In this document: one piece after another, positions 9,583 to 17,982 of the stretch | Numbering within the stretch: position 1 is the first letter of the stretch | Layout: every line of letters starts with the position of its first letter | Source: Acidobacteriota bacterium | Lineage (GTDB): Bacteria; Acidobacteriota; UBA6911; JACQSX01 | Direction: 5' to 3' | Assembly (NCBI GenBank): GCA_036507075.1 | Contig: DASXQR010000146.1 | Span: forward strand, 32,001 to 96,000 | Length of the DNA stretch: 64,000 nucleotides | Translations under genes and position numbers: made by a program | The notes under the pieces: generated by a model | Databases searched by the model: none | What the model was told of the DNA's origin: nothing | The model's input: only the letters and a program-made list of their open reading frames with translations

Positions 9583-9611
9583 TGGAATGAACGTGAGAGG
9601 TATTAAACAAA

Positions 9612-10424
9612 ATGACATCTTCCATGGTTGGACCCTTGAGTTACATCGGCGGCAAGAATCGCCTGGCCAAACGAATCATCGCCCTGTTTCCCGAGCACAC
9701 GACCTATGTGGAACCGTTTGCCGGCGGCGCGCAAGTGTTCTTTCACAAGGAACCGTCGCCCGTAGAAGTGCTCAACGACTTGGACTTTGAAATCGTAAAT
9801 TTCTTCCGCGTCTGTCAGTGGCACTTTGACGAATTGGTTCGCTATTTAAGATACATTCTGATCAGTCGAAAGTGGTACGAGCTGCTGTCGGCGACAAATC
9901 CAGAAACATTAACTGACATTCAGCGGGCCGGACGCTTCTTTTATCTGCAGAAGAATTGTTATGGAGGCCTCGTCGTCAACCCAACGTACCACTACGGCGT
10001 CATCAAGCCGTCAAACTACAATCCCCGGCGCATAACTGAAATAATCCAGAAAACTCACGAGCGGTTGCAAGGCGTTCAAATCGAATCGTTGCCGTACGAA
10101 AAGATCCTGGAGAAATATGACCGAAAGACCACGTTGTTCTATCTGGATCCGCCATATTGGAATCGCCGATTGTACCGTTTCAATTTCAAGGAGGAAGATT
10201 TTATCGAACTGGAAAGGCTCCTGCACGGCGTGAAAGGCAAGTTCATCTTGTCTCTGGATGACAGACCAGAAGTGCGGCAACTTTTTTCCCGCTTCTCAAT
10301 CACCGGAATTGAGCTGTCCTACACGGCACAGAGAAAAAGCGGAAACCGCTATGGAGAGGTCCTAATCATGAATTACGGCTCAGCTTCTCATCGGGAACCG
10401 CGCGCGACTGCCGCACAGATTTAG
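9612..10424 (+). CDS. Dam-like DNA N6-adenine methyltransferase
   Basis: YIGGK, YVEPFAGGA, LNDLD, YLDPPY motifs. Confidence 0.95.
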   Translation: MTSSMVGPLSYIGGKNRLAKRIIALFPEHTTYVEPFAGGAQVFFHKEPSPVEVLNDLDFEIVNFFRVCQWHFDELVRYLRYILISRKWYELLSATNPETLTDIQRAGRFFYLQKNCYGGLVVNPTYHYGVIKPSNYNPRRITEIIQKTHERLQGVQIESLPYEKILEKYDRKTTLFYLDPPYWNRRLYRFNFKEEDFIELERLLHGVKGKFILSLDDRPEVRQLFSRFSITGIELSYTAQRKSGNRYGEVLIMNYGSASHREPRATAAQI

Positions 10425-11772
10425 AAACCCTGGGGTCCATCGTCGTTGGTACTTGGAGTCTCGTTAGAATATCCTCTTCGCGCAGAAATACCAGGAACTC
10501 TTGTCCGACTTGCTTCTTGCAGTTTTCAATCGCTGCCCGCACCGCGTCGGCTTCTCCTCTCAAAATGTGGACCCCAGCTAGCGCTCGGTAAGAGAGCGCA
10601 ATGCAACGCTGATTTCCTGCGCGGATTGCGATTTCGTTGGCGGCGATTGCCGCCTCCCAGGCTCGTTTGATCTGGCCCAGTCGCCGGTACAAATGTGACA
10701 GCAAAATCTCGGCGTCGCTTATGTCATCGGCGATGGCGAGATGCTGGCAAAGGGCAATACATTGCCGAATCCATTCGACGGCCATCCCATAACGGTCTTT
10801 GGACAAGCGTGTGTGACCGGCGTTCCAGCTTTGATCGCCCAGCATCGAATGCACTCGACCGATATTGAAATACGCACTCTGGATACCGTAGTAATCCTCC
10901 GCCAGCACGCAGGCCTCAAGGGCCTGTTGGTAGAACCGCAAGCCTTCCCCATATTGCCCGCGCTCTTTACAAAGCAGTCCCAGACCGTTATAGATCTCAC
11001 CAAGCAACTGATGGTCACGCTTCCGCGCAACTAACGTGAGCGCTTTGCGATAGAACTGCTCGGCTTGATTCAATCGGTGTTTACGCCAGTGAATCCACGC
11101 CGCTGTTGCGCAAGCCTTCGCCTCGGACCAATCGTGATCTTCTGTTGTATGCTTCAACGCTCCTGCCGCTCTTGAATGAAGCTTCAACGCTTCGTCGTAA
11201 TTCCCCTGACGTTCCAACGTCCGCGCTGCACTGCAAAGCGCCATTACCTGATGATGGGGCAGCGCTGCCGCCTCGGCCGCGCGCTGATAGTGATCCAAGG
11301 CCTTCTTGAGCTTGCCGTCGTTGAAAGCTCTATCCGCCCGCCAAAAATGCTCGACAAACCTGTAGAACCGTTTTTGATCGTCATCTTTCAATCCAGAGAT
11401 ACGCGACGCCGAACCCAGAAAAGATTCCATTCTCGATAACTCAACATCGAGTCTGATCTGTCCAGGAGCAACCTTCAGGCGGAACGGGCCGTAAACCTTC
11501 TGCTGACTCTCAATCGGCGTAGCGCCTCCCTTTCTTTGAATGTGACGCCTGATCTGCTTTCCCACACTCAACAGCGAGTTCTTTCCCCAGGAAGGAAGCA
11601 AGGCGATTTGCTCGGTCTCCACGAATCCTTCATCCGATTGAGGGCTCTTCAATCTCGCGATCGCAAGAAGGCAATACAGTTCAAAGAACCTCTTTGACAG
11701 AGCCAGATGATGGCCGCGGAATTTCACCACACGATCAGCCAAGGTGATTGCCAGCGTTTCTGCGCGACTCAT
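10366..11772 (-). CDS. TPR-repeat protein with an N-terminal winged-helix-like region, probable regulator
   Basis: Several TPR helices (YNGLGLL...G.Y.E.L..YQQAL; YFNIGRVH); the N-terminus resembles OmpR-type DNA-binding domains. Confidence 0.7.
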   Translation of the reverse strand: MSRAETLAITLADRVVKFRGHHLALSKRFFELYCLLAIARLKSPQSDEGFVETEQIALLPSWGKNSLLSVGKQIRRHIQRKGGATPIESQQKVYGPFRLKVAPGQIRLDVELSRMESFLGSASRISGLKDDDQKRFYRFVEHFWRADRAFNDGKLKKALDHYQRAAEAAALPHHQVMALCSAARTLERQGNYDEALKLHSRAAGALKHTTEDHDWSEAKACATAAWIHWRKHRLNQAEQFYRKALTLVARKRDHQLLGEIYNGLGLLCKERGQYGEGLRFYQQALEACVLAEDYYGIQSAYFNIGRVHSMLGDQSWNAGHTRLSKDRYGMAVEWIRQCIALCQHLAIADDISDAEILLSHLYRRLGQIKRAWEAAIAANEIAIRAGNQRCIALSYRALAGVHILRGEADAVRAAIENCKKQVGQEFLVFLREEDILTRLQVPTTMDPRVSKSVRQSRAVPDEKLSRNS

Positions 11773-11873
11773 CGCGATTTGTGAAGTTTTGTGAAATTAC
11801 GTTGCAGACAGCTTAACACAGGAACGGGCAGGATCTGGAGCGTAGGGGCTCGGAATGAGAGCTCAAACACGAG

Positions 11874-12290
11874 ATGCGGAGAGACGGTATGGGATTGTAT
11901 GACTCAGAGATCCTGCTCTTTCAAACTTGTCGAGGTTTTGACGGCAGGACTCATCCCGTAGACATCGGAAAACGTAACGGTCGGCTCGCCCTGCTGTTTC
12001 ATCCCCGACTAGTCGCTCTCCCTTCCGGCATCGCAGCCAGTTGCGCTGAGGACCGAGCGCGCAGAAGAATTCGTCAAGCGTTCTTTTGGGGACTGACGCC
12101 CACGGAAAAGCGAACGTGGCAAAAGGCGCTCGAGGGCAGCTCTGTCCGGCAGATCGCGCGTGAGGAAGGCGTGAGTCGCTCGGCGATTTATGAGCGATTC
12201 CGGGGCAACTCTAAAGGTCAAGGCGGCATGATCGCCAAAAATCCCTATGTGGCCGTCTGGTGGTACTTCCGCTCGGAAAAGATTCTATGA
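11874..12290 (+). CDS. Sigma region-4-like HTH protein
   Basis: LTPTEK...SVRQIAREEGVSRSAIYER; ATGA overlap with the next gene. Confidence 0.7.
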   Translation: MRRDGMGLYDSEILLFQTCRGFDGRTHPVDIGKRNGRLALLFHPRLVALPSGIAASCAEDRARRRIRQAFFWGLTPTEKRTWQKALEGSSVRQIAREEGVSRSAIYERFRGNSKGQGGMIAKNPYVAVWWYFRSEKIL

Positions 12291-13663
12291 GCAAAATCGT
12301 CGAAAAATTTATTGCCGGGATTTGGAACCGGTCGGCTACCGAAGGCGAGCCCCAAGTAGTCATTCGCGGTCTGGACCTTGGGCTGTCCATTGTTGACGGC
12401 CAGCTTACTCGGAGCCACACGGGCATTCCCCATTCCAAACGACCGGAGCACGTGGCGATCCTCGGAAAGACCGGCACCGGCAAGAGTTCACTACTTCGAT
12501 ATATGGCGCGCCAGGACATTGGTCGGGATCAAGGCTTTTGTTTCTTCGATCTTCATGGTGACGCGACTTCTGTCCTGCTCGGCCTGGTGGCATCAGAGGA
12601 GCGAAGGAGTAGCCGGGACCTGAGTGAAAAGCTCGTCATTATTGAACCGGCTGACCGCGAGTTCTCGGTGGGCCTGAACGTGCTGGAGGAAACCGGCCTA
12701 CAAAGCAGCTTTGTTCAGATCGCCGAGTTTGCGCAGATTCTAAAACAGCGCTGGCATTTGGACGCCCTGGGCGCGAGAACCGAAGAACTGCTCCGAAACG
12801 CGCTCGCGGTCGCCTTGGACAACAATTTGACCTTACTCGAAGTGGCGCCGCTTCTAACCAACCAAGCGTTTCGCGCCGCTTGTCTTCGCCGCACTGCCAA
12901 TCCGGAAATCAAGGATTACTTCGAGGGACGCTACAACCGTGCAAGCGAAGGGATGCAGGCGACGACCAACAACGCGATTCTGAACAAACTGACCGCTTTT
13001 ACGGCCGATCCACACTTCCGCCACATTCTCGGCCAGCGGCAATCGACGTTTTCGCTTCTTGATGCGCTGGACCACGGCTGTTGGGTCGTCGTGAATCTGG
13101 ACAAAGGGCGCTTAGGAGAGCAGGCCGCAACGCTCGGAAGCCTGCTGTTGACCAAACTGAAAAACGCTCTGTTCTCCCGTCGCAGCCGGAACCTGTTCAC
13201 CATTTACGCCGATGAAATTCAAAACCTGGTGACCTTTGACAGCGGCTTGGATGTGTTGCTTTCGGAAGCTCGAAAATTTGGTATCTCCGTCTGTTCGGCG
13301 AATCAATATCTTGATCAGTATCCCCAGCAGATGCGCGCGGCGATCATGGCGGTCGGCACGCACGTTTGCTTCCAGCTTTCCGCCGCGGACGCCGACAAGC
13401 TCGGCGCGGCATTTGACGGCGGGAAAACTCTTGCTGAGATTCTGAAAAACCTCCCGCAGCGTCACATCGTAATCAAGTCCGGTCATCATCGATGGCGGCA
13501 GGCCGTGGTTCCTCAGATCGAAATCCCACAGGTTGACTGGAGAGATCTTTACAACAGATGTCGTCACCGATGGGCCAGACGGCGAACGGAGATTGACGCG
13601 GAAATCCGCGCACGCCAACAGCGTTTCAGTCGCCAGGATGAGGTGCTCGATGACTGGGAATAA
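12287..13663 (+). CDS. TrwB/VirD4/HerA-like coupling ATPase without transmembrane segments
   Basis: HVAILGKTGTGKS Walker A, FDLHGD, YADEIQN Walker B, SEARKFG, ANQYLDQ. Confidence 0.88.
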   Translation: MSKIVEKFIAGIWNRSATEGEPQVVIRGLDLGLSIVDGQLTRSHTGIPHSKRPEHVAILGKTGTGKSSLLRYMARQDIGRDQGFCFFDLHGDATSVLLGLVASEERRSSRDLSEKLVIIEPADREFSVGLNVLEETGLQSSFVQIAEFAQILKQRWHLDALGARTEELLRNALAVALDNNLTLLEVAPLLTNQAFRAACLRRTANPEIKDYFEGRYNRASEGMQATTNNAILNKLTAFTADPHFRHILGQRQSTFSLLDALDHGCWVVVNLDKGRLGEQAATLGSLLLTKLKNALFSRRSRNLFTIYADEIQNLVTFDSGLDVLLSEARKFGISVCSANQYLDQYPQQMRAAIMAVGTHVCFQLSAADADKLGAAFDGGKTLAEILKNLPQRHIVIKSGHHRWRQAVVPQIEIPQVDWRDLYNRCRHRWARRRTEIDAEIRARQQRFSRQDEVLDDWE

Positions 13664-14414
13664 CAAGAAGGCGGTGGTGATCCAGGAACGCGACCGTTTG
13701 CTGTTTCGAGAGCTCTCGCGAATGAGGGTGATCGATCGGGAACAGGTCAAAGTGGTGGCAGGTTTCCGGTCCACGACTGCCGTCAACCTTCGCCTGTCGA
13801 AATTGCTTCACGCCGGTTTCTTGCGGCGCATCTTCATTGGTACTGCGCCAGGTAACAAGAAGGCACTGTATACGTTGTCCTCCACCAGCGCGGCGCTCGT
13901 GGGAGATGACCGATCTCGCAAGTCGCTCTCTCTGTCAGGAACCCTTGGCCTCGAGCATCAACTTGCCGTCAACGCAATCTACCTGACCATCAAGTTCCAC
14001 CCGATCGCAGTTAACGACCTTAGGTTTGAGCGCTGGATTACTTTCCGCCAGCCCCTTCCCGGCACCGCTTTGATTCCCGATGGGTACTTCGAGCTGCAGT
14101 CGCCAACCGGAATTCACCCAATGTTTTTGGAAGTGGATCTCGGCACCGAAGTCTCAAGAATCTGGCGGGACAAGACGGCAGCCTATCTGCAGTTGGCCAC
14201 CTCAGGTCAGTTTGAAAAGCTCTTTCATCAATCCAGATTCCGGGTCCTGGTCGTGGCCACTACGAGGCGGCGCCTCGAAACCATCCGGTCGAGCGTTGCC
14301 AAATCCACTGAAAAGATCTTTTGGTTTTCCAACTTCGAGCAAATCAAAGGCAATTCCTTCTGGGCTTCGGTTTGGCTTCGACCGAAGGGCAACCAACTTC
14401 AATCACTTTTCTAA
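13650..14414 (+). CDS. Replication-relaxation family protein (PF13814-like)
   Basis: RD..L...L N-terminal wHTH, HQLAVN, IPDGYF, FLEVDLGTE; GAGGTG upstream; overlaps the ATPase stop. Confidence 0.85.
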   Translation: MTGNNKKAVVIQERDRLLFRELSRMRVIDREQVKVVAGFRSTTAVNLRLSKLLHAGFLRRIFIGTAPGNKKALYTLSSTSAALVGDDRSRKSLSLSGTLGLEHQLAVNAIYLTIKFHPIAVNDLRFERWITFRQPLPGTALIPDGYFELQSPTGIHPMFLEVDLGTEVSRIWRDKTAAYLQLATSGQFEKLFHQSRFRVLVVATTRRRLETIRSSVAKSTEKIFWFSNFEQIKGNSFWASVWLRPKGNQLQSLF

Positions 14415-14423
14415 AGAATTCTT

Positions 14424-14855
14424 ATGCGCTATTGCAACAACTGTCATCGAATCACTGAAGGCGACCCGCTCTTTTGCCAGTTCTGCGCCAGAAGCTATGA
14501 CGTCAAGCTCTGCCCTCATCGACACGTCAACCCGCGAATCGCCGATGTCTGTTCTGAATGCGGCTCGCGGGATCTGAGCACGCCGGCTCCCTCGATGGGA
14601 CTCGGCAAGAGACTTCTCCTATTTTGCTTGTCGGCGGGCCCCGGCGTGTTCCTCTTGCTGATGACGATCCTTCTCGTTGTCGGCTTCATCCAGGTCATCT
14701 TCGGCGATCCTGCAATGCTCTTCCGCTTCCTGATCTTGGCCTTGTTGTTCGGCATTCTCTGGCGGATTTATATGTTTTTCCCACCTCCGCTTCGCAACTT
14801 GTTCAAATCCATATGGCCCAAAACTCGACCCAAGCGACAAACGCCCAGGCACTGA
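14424..14855 (+). CDS. Double zinc-ribbon membrane protein
   Basis: CNNC, CQFC, CPHRH, CSEC followed by two hydrophobic helices. Confidence 0.8.
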   Translation: MRYCNNCHRITEGDPLFCQFCARSYDVKLCPHRHVNPRIADVCSECGSRDLSTPAPSMGLGKRLLLFCLSAGPGVFLLLMTILLVVGFIQVIFGDPAMLFRFLILALLFGILWRIYMFFPPPLRNLFKSIWPKTRPKRQTPRH

Positions 14856-14914
14856 TACCCCAACTCGCCGCGTCGGCCAAACGCGCAACCACGCCATTTT
14901 ATTGGCTTTCTCTG

Positions 14915-14964
14915 GCCTATCCCATAGGCAGCCCTGCCTATGCCGGTGCCTACAACTCTGCCTA
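14915..14964. repeat. Phased (T)GCCTA motif array upstream of the excisionase
   Basis: TGCCTA at 14935, 14947 and 14959 (12-bp period), GCCTA at 14915, inverted TAGGCA at 14925. Confidence 0.7.
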
Positions 14965-14994
14965 TACCGAAACTCCCAACCCGAGGTGTCCCGC

Positions 14995-15279
14995 ATGAGT
15001 GAAGACATTCTTGGCAAGCCGATAAACATCCGTGACGTTGCCAAATTGATCGGCCTCTCGCCCTGGAGTGTAAGACACCGGCTCATCCCGAAGGGATTGC
15101 CGCACTTCCGCTCCGGGGCCAGCGGCAGGTTGATTTTCTACACCAACCAAGTCGTCCGCTGGATCGAAGACCAACAGAAAGGAGGGAAACAAAGTGGGTC
15201 TCTGGAAAAGAGGACAGGTCTGGTGGGCTTACTGGTACGTCGACGGCGTCCGGCACCAGGTATCGACAGGCACAGGTAA
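14995..15279 (+). CDS. Excisionase-like HTH (MerR/AlpA-type) protein
   Basis: INIRDVAKLIGLSPWSVR...GLPHFR...LIF....VVRWI; GAGGTG upstream; directly before the integrase. Confidence 0.8.
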   Translation: MSEDILGKPINIRDVAKLIGLSPWSVRHRLIPKGLPHFRSGASGRLIFYTNQVVRWIEDQQKGGKQSGSLEKRTGLVGLLVRRRRPAPGIDRHR

Positions 15280-16234
15280 TCGAAGACAAGCCGAGAGCAT
15301 CATGCAGAAGCTCAAGCAGGAGGCCAACGCGAGACGCCACCAACTAATCGAAGCGGACCCGCACATGACGTTTGGGGCCTTGGCCGCCAGGTTCATCGCA
15401 AACGGCAATCCGTCTCATCATCACCTGGAGCGGCTCGAAATGCTGCTTACGTACTTCGCCGACACGCCGGTGGTGCGGATTAACCGGGCCATGGCGGGTG
15501 AGTACAGGGCGTGGCGCCACGCCGCCAAGCAAGTCTCCGACGCGACCATCAACCGGGATCTATCCGTGATGCGGCGGCTGCTCTACTGGGGCGTCGAGCA
15601 ATCCTTGTTGCTGGCAAACCCTCTAGCGCGCCTGCGAATGGAGAGGGAGCGCAGAACAGGACGGCCGGTGGTCAGCATTGTCGAGGAAGCTAACCTTTTG
15701 AAAGCCGCAGCCGACCACCTGAAGGACATCATCGTCGCCGCGCTGGACACTGGCATGCGGCGCGGCGAGATCCTGCATCAACGGTGGGAGCACGTTGATT
15801 TTACGAGGCGCTTGCTCTTTGTCACCCGGTCAAAAACGCCCGAAGGGGAAGCCCGAGAGATCCCGCTGACCCGGAGACTGCTGACCCTGCTCTGGAGTCG
15901 GCGGCAGCCCGAAGGCCTGATCTTCACCTTCAACCAGGTAGCCATTCGCGACATTAAGACTGCCTGGAAACGGACGCTGAAGAATTCAGGGAGCCGCCAC
16001 ATCCGCTTCCACGACCTGCGGCACACGTTCAACACCCGGCTGCTGGAAGCCGGAGTCATGCAAGAGGTGCGGATGGCCCTGATGGGTCATTCCAACCGCG
16101 AAAGAGTGCATTCCATTTACACCCACGTGGAACTGCCGGCTAAACGCGAAGCGATCGCGAAGCTTGAACAGTGGGTGCAAGACCAAAAGCAACTAAAGGG
16201 AGGAGGAGAAAATGCCATCACCCAAGCAGTCTGA
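15194..16234 (+). CDS. Tyrosine recombinase/integrase
   Basis: TGMRRGE, FHDLRHT, LMGHS, catalytic Tyr in IYTH; N-terminal arm-binding-like beta region. Confidence 0.95.
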   Translation: MGLWKRGQVWWAYWYVDGVRHQVSTGTGNRRQAESIMQKLKQEANARRHQLIEADPHMTFGALAARFIANGNPSHHHLERLEMLLTYFADTPVVRINRAMAGEYRAWRHAAKQVSDATINRDLSVMRRLLYWGVEQSLLLANPLARLRMERERRTGRPVVSIVEEANLLKAAADHLKDIIVAALDTGMRRGEILHQRWEHVDFTRRLLFVTRSKTPEGEAREIPLTRRLLTLLWSRRQPEGLIFTFNQVAIRDIKTAWKRTLKNSGSRHIRFHDLRHTFNTRLLEAGVMQEVRMALMGHSNRERVHSIYTHVELPAKREAIAKLEQWVQDQKQLKGGGENAITQAV

Positions 16235-16421
16235 AGCTGCCTCTGCAAAGGCCGCCTCAACCGGACGAAAACCCTGGAAGAAAAGGACGCCTGTCGAAGT
16301 TGTATTGGAACAGGCCGACAAGCTCAAACAGGAGATCGCCCAGACCGAAGACGACCTGAAGCAAAAGCGCAAGCAGCTTGCCAAGTTCGAAGAGGCACGC
16401 AAGATCTTCGAAACAAGCTAA
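16212..16421 (+). CDS. Small basic coiled-coil protein
   Basis: Strong SD (GGAGGAGGAG) before ATG; followed by a terminator. Confidence 0.7.
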   Translation: MPSPKQSEAASAKAASTGRKPWKKRTPVEVVLEQADKLKQEIAQTEDDLKQKRKQLAKFEEARKIFETS

Positions 16422-16427
16422 ACAACC

Positions 16428-16467
16428 AAGGAGTTTGCCCGATGGGGGCAAACTCCTTTTCTTTTTT
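16428..16467 (+). terminator. Intrinsic terminator closing the transfer/recombination operon
   Basis: 13-bp stem aaggagtttgccc/gggcaaactcctt followed by a T-tract. Confidence 0.9.
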
Positions 16468-17447
16468 GACCCAGACCCGGCCTCCTTACAGGGGAGTGTC
16501 AGAATCAAATTAGGGGCAATGACGCCTCAAATCCAATCAGGGAGAGAAACATGAAGCGAAGTATCCATAAAGAGAGCGGCATCGGACGAGATGCCTCGGG
16601 ATGTTGAAGTCGAACCGGGAACGACGGCCTATGACCTCTGAATTTCGATCCGCACCAGCATGCCATCGGCACCGCTAACGGCGAAATCCTGCACGGCAAC
16701 GATGCGCTCTATTCCAAGGTGAGCGAAGGCGAACAAGCTGCTGGTCACCTCGGGAGAAAAGTCTTTTTTTCTTCCCAGGGGCGCCCGACCATTTTCCTGC
16801 GATCCTGCCGGTAGCCCCGAGGGTGGCTGTTCTGGAATCTCGTCGCTCGCATGGCGTTGGTCCCCCCCCATTTTTTTTCTTCCCAGGACAGATCGCGGAC
16901 CACCGAATCATCGATCCATTGGGGCACCATTTGATTCCTGACCGAAGTGGCCTGCAGCCAAACGCAAGAGTTGATTGCTCCTTGGTGCGCGTCGGCTGGT
17001 GTGCGCAAGGCTCGTTGTGGCGGATCCGCTCGGGGGGCGCGCCGCAAGAGAAAAGGGTTACTTCCCCCAAGGCCCCGGTCAGGATATGCCGAGAGATCGC
17101 CATTTTGACTGAGAAATTTCTCACCAGAAAAGACCTGCGAAATTCGCAGACTTGTCACCGGCCGATGACGTCACAAGCACTCTCGAAGGTCGGCGAACAA
17201 AGGAGAGTAAACCCCACAAAGGGTGGTACAGTTCGGAGCATTAGGAAGAACAGTTTTGGTATAACCAATATTGCTTGACTCCTCTGCGCTGTTTTTGCGG
17301 ATAATTGCGCCAACAGCAAGAGCAATTCTCCCGGACTCTTGTTTTTCTCAAGACTCGAAGACGGCACGGCGTAGGTGACCTTCCACGTCAGGAGCCATCG
17401 GAGTGACGAGGAAACGTAATTGTCGGGCTGCGTATTGGAGGCACATC

Positions 17448-17918
17448 ATGGGGACCAAGCAAACCACGAAACGAGGTACGGACAGGACGAGGTCGAAGCA
17501 GCGACTGAAAGCACTTGCCCGTCGGTACGCGCAGGTCTTGCGCGGGATTAACACCCAGGAGGCCGCACGACGCAAGCTCTCAAAGGAACTCTATGAGCTC
17601 GCGTTGGATTCCGAAGATGCGGAGCTGGCGTTACACGAGCACACCTTCGGCCCCCGCAAGACCAAGCCAGTTGTCAAACATGTGCCATTGGCGAGTCCGG
17701 AAGCGGCGTTATGGCTGATGTGCTGCAATATTTGGGTGCCCCTGCCGATCATCGTGTGCATCCTTGCTGGGTGCCCGCCCGTCCTGCTGCCCCCGGGCAG
17801 AGTCTGCTTTTTAATAAACTGTCAGATGAAGGTCCGTTCTCGAATCGCAGGCCCCTGCCCTAGAACGACAGCCAAACGAGTCAGACTGCGTTTTCTATTG
17901 ACCTGGACTGACACGTAG
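17448..17918 (+). CDS. Hypothetical protein with basic/helical N-terminus and Cys/Pro-rich hydrophobic C-terminus
   Basis: GGAGG before ATG 17448; no recognisable family. Confidence 0.5.
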   Translation: MGTKQTTKRGTDRTRSKQRLKALARRYAQVLRGINTQEAARRKLSKELYELALDSEDAELALHEHTFGPRKTKPVVKHVPLASPEAALWLMCCNIWVPLPIIVCILAGCPPVLLPPGRVCFLINCQMKVRSRIAGPCPRTTAKRVRLRFLLTWTDT

Positions 17919-17982
17919 GAGCAAGCTTTGTGAAACCCCAAGGAAGTTGGACTCCGAGGCTAAACCTGCTTAAAAGACTACG

